Of a stretch of 64,000 nt of DNA, positions 61,170 through 64,000 are shown piece by piece. Below the pieces are notes generated by a model. The model saw nothing but the letters and a program-made list of their open reading frames with translations. It searched no databases and was not told where the DNA came from. The stretch covers positions 18,699,759-18,763,758 of the forward strand of contig NC_057743.1 of the NCBI RefSeq assembly GCF_004010195.1, given 5' to 3'. Positions within the stretch are counted from its first letter, which is position 1, and each line of letters begins with the position of its first letter. The translations under genes and the position numbers were made by a program. Source of the DNA: Chiloscyllium plagiosum (taxonomy: Eukaryota).

Positions 61170-63615
61170 CCCGGTACTGGGGAACGAGCCAGGACAGGTG
61201 GTAGAAGTTGTGGTGGAGGATTTGATTGGGAACAGTCACCACAATTCTGTAAGTTTTAGATCACTCATAGATAAAGATGAGAGTGGTCCTAAGGGAAGAG
61301 TACTAAACTGGGCCAAGGCCAATTATATCAAAGTTAGGCAGGAGCTCCAAAATGTGGATTGGACACATCTATTTGAAGGGAAGTCCACATTTGATATGTG
61401 GGAGGCTTTCAAAGATAGATTAAAAATAGTGCAGGATAGGCATGTCCCGTTGAAGGCAAAGGATAGGAAGGGCAAGATTTGTAAACCATGGATGACAGGA
61501 GAAATTGTACGACTAGCCAAGAGGAAAAGGGAAGCGTATATAAGGTCTAGGCAGCTAAGAACAGAACGGGCCCTGGAGGAATATCGGAGGGGTAGGACAG
61601 GTCTTAAATGAGGAATCAAGTGGGCTAAAAGGGGTCATGAAATAGCTTTAGTGAGCAGAATTAATGAGAACCCCAAAGCATTTTATTCTTATATAACTAG
61701 GGAAACTTGGTCCACTAAAGGATAATGAAGAAAGGCTGTGTGTCGAACCTGAGAAAATGGGTGAGATTCTGAATGATTACTTTGCATCAGTGTTCACTGA
61801 GGAGAGGAACATGATGAATCTTGAGATTAGAGATAGAAGTTTGATTAGTCTGGATCACGTTGACTTAACTATGGAAGATGCGTTGGGTATGCTAGAGGTT
61901 ATTAAGGTGGACAAATCCCCAGGATCAGATGGGATCTATCCCAGGTTGATGAGGGAGACAAGAGAGGAAATAGCTGGGGCCCTGACAGATATCTTTGTGG
62001 CATCCTTAAATACAGGTGAGGTACCAGAAGACTAGAAGGTTGCTCACGTTGCCCCCCTGTACAAGAAGGGTAGTAGGGATATTCTGGGTAACTACAGACC
62101 AGTGAGGGCATCCTTAAATACAGGTGAGGTACCAGAAGACTAGAAGGTTGCTCACGTTGCCCCCCCCCCCTGTACAAGAAGGGTAGTAGGGATATTCTGG
62201 GTAACTACAGACCAGTGAGTCTGACTTCAGTGGTGGGAAAGTTGCTGGAGAGCGTACTAAGGGATAGGATCTATTTATATTTAGAAAAGAATCGGCTTAT
62301 CAGTGATAGTAACATGGTTTTGTGTGGGGGAGATCGTGCCTTACCAACTTAATAGAGTTCTTTGAGGAAGTGACCTAGTTGATAGACGAAGGAAGGGCTA
62401 TTGATGTCATATACCTGGACTTTAGAAAGGCTTTTGATAAGGTTCCCCATGGTAGATTAATGGAGAAGTGAAGACACATGGTGTGCAGGGTGTTCTAGCT
62501 AGGTGGATAAAGAACTGGTTGAGCAACAGGAGACAGGGAGTAGTAGTTGAAGGGAGTTTCTCGAAATGGAGAAAGGTCACCGGTGGTGTTCCACAGGGAT
62601 CAGTGCTGGGGCCACTGTTGTTTGTAATATACATAAATGATCTGGAAGAGGGCACTGTTGGTATGATCAGCAAGTTTGCTGATGACATGAAGATTGGTGG
62701 AGTAGCAGAAAATATAAGGGACTGTCAAAGAATACAGGAGGAGAAAGATAGACTGGAGTGTTGGGCGGAAAAGTGGCAGATGGGTTTCAATCCAGACAAA
62801 TGTGAGGTGATGCATTTAGGTAAGACTAATTCTAGAGTGAATTATACAATGAACTGAAGAACCTTGGGAAAAGTTGATGAGCAGAGAGATCTGGGAGTGC
62901 AGGTCCATTGTACCCTGAAGGTTGCTGCACAGGTAGACTAAGTGGTCAAGAAGGCTTACCTTCATTGGACAGGGTATTGAGTATAAGAGCTGGCAAGTCA
63001 TGTTAAAATTGTACCAGATATTGGTTCCGCCACATTTAGAATACTGTGTACAGTCCTGGTCGCCACATTCCCAAAAGGATGTGGACCCTTTGGAGAGGTT
63101 GCAGAGGTTTACGAGGATGATGCCTGGTAAGGAAAGTGCTAACTATGAAGAGAGGTTGAGTAGGTTATGTTTATTTTCATTAGAAAAAAGGAGATTGAGG
63201 GGGGACCTGATTGAGGTTACAAAATCATGAAGGGTGTAGACAGGGTGGATGGAGACAAGCTTTTTTCTAGGGTGAAGGATTAAATAACAAGAGGTCATGC
63301 TTTCAAGGTGAGAAGTAGAAAGTTAAAGTGGGATACATGCGGCAAGTACTTCACACAGAGGGTGGTGGGTGTCTGGAATGCGTTGCCAGCAGAGGTGATA
63401 GAGGCAGGCACGGTAGATTCATTAAAATGCGTCTGGACAGATGCATGAGTAGGTGGGGAGCAGAGGGATACAGATGCTTAGGATGAGTAGGTGGGGAGCA
63501 GAGGGATACAGATGCTTAGGAATTAGGCGACAGGCTTAGACAGTAGATTTGGATCGGCTCAGGCTTGGAGGGCAGAAGGGCCTAATCCTGGGCTGTAAAT
63601 TTTCTTTGTTTTTTT
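61170..63615 (+). mobile_element. CR1 LINE, ~2.4 kb of ORF2 to the 3' end, with stops and frameshifts
   Basis: [40 protein letters not shown] and RRLRGDLIEV motifs in consecutive ORFs. Confidence 0.93.
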
Positions 63616-63960
63616 TGTATGTCAAGAATAGACAGCTGGGATCAGTCCTTCATTTGAACACAACTGTATTGGTGATCTCAAGTGTGTATCGAGAATTATG
63701 GTTTCAGTCCAGCAGGACAGTTTTAATGTGAACTACTAATTAATTTTTTGAGGAAGTAGGTACTGTCATGTTCACAGTAAATTTTCTTTGTTCTTTTTGT
63801 ATGTCAAGAATAGACAGCTGGGATCAAGTCCTTCATTTGAACACAACTGGATTGGTGATCTCAAGTGTGTATCGAGAATTATGGTTTCAGTCCAGCAGGA
63901 CAGTTTTAATGTGAACTACTAATTAATTTTTTGAGGAAGTAGGTACTGTCATGTTCACAG
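63596..63960 (+). repeat. Near-identical ~182-bp tandem duplication
   Basis: 63596-63777 repeated at 63778-63960 with few differences. Confidence 0.9.
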
Positions 63961-64000
63961 GAAAATATCTTTGAATAGGGTTTATACAGAATTCGTGAAG

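Noticed and set aside
61999-62219. 108-bp tandem duplication inside the CR1, plus 38-bp (63445-63520) and 182-bp (63596-63960) duplications
   Set aside because: Near-identical abutting copies differing mainly in homopolymer length; most likely assembly or gap-filling artefacts, or trivial slippage

Overview
Vertebrate genomic DNA, very probably from a shark (cartilaginous fish), inferred from HE1-type V-SINEs, SacSINE1/DeuSINE-like copies and abundant HER1/CR1 LINEs. It has three N-gaps. Three protein-coding genes can be spliced together by hand with consistent intron phases. ZMYND12 (- strand) has 7 coding exons between 26284 and 6378; its terminal exon is unresolved. PPCS (+ strand) has 3 exons, 26899-31031, about 323 aa, and lies head-to-head with ZMYND12 on a CpG island. 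UTP3/SAS10 (- strand) has 16 coding exons, 57539-32568, 488 aa, and lies tail-to-tail with PPCS. The rest is mostly transposon debris: CR1, Rex1/Babar, Penelope-like elements, SINEs, a solo LTR and a MITE. Most notable: (1) at least four unrelated families of short Penelope-like elements, often fold-back and flanked by 12-14 bp target-site duplications (TSDs), share a covarying minimal type-I hammerhead ribozyme fold, and some intact copies lie sense inside host introns; (2) a ~48-bp tandem repeat multiplies the PPCS start-codon region seven times, giving in-frame N-terminal extensions plus an out-of-frame uORF; (3) a ~500-bp fold-back insertion sits 20 nt from a ZMYND12 splice acceptor. All family and gene assignments are by recognition, not database search, and repeat boundaries are approximate.
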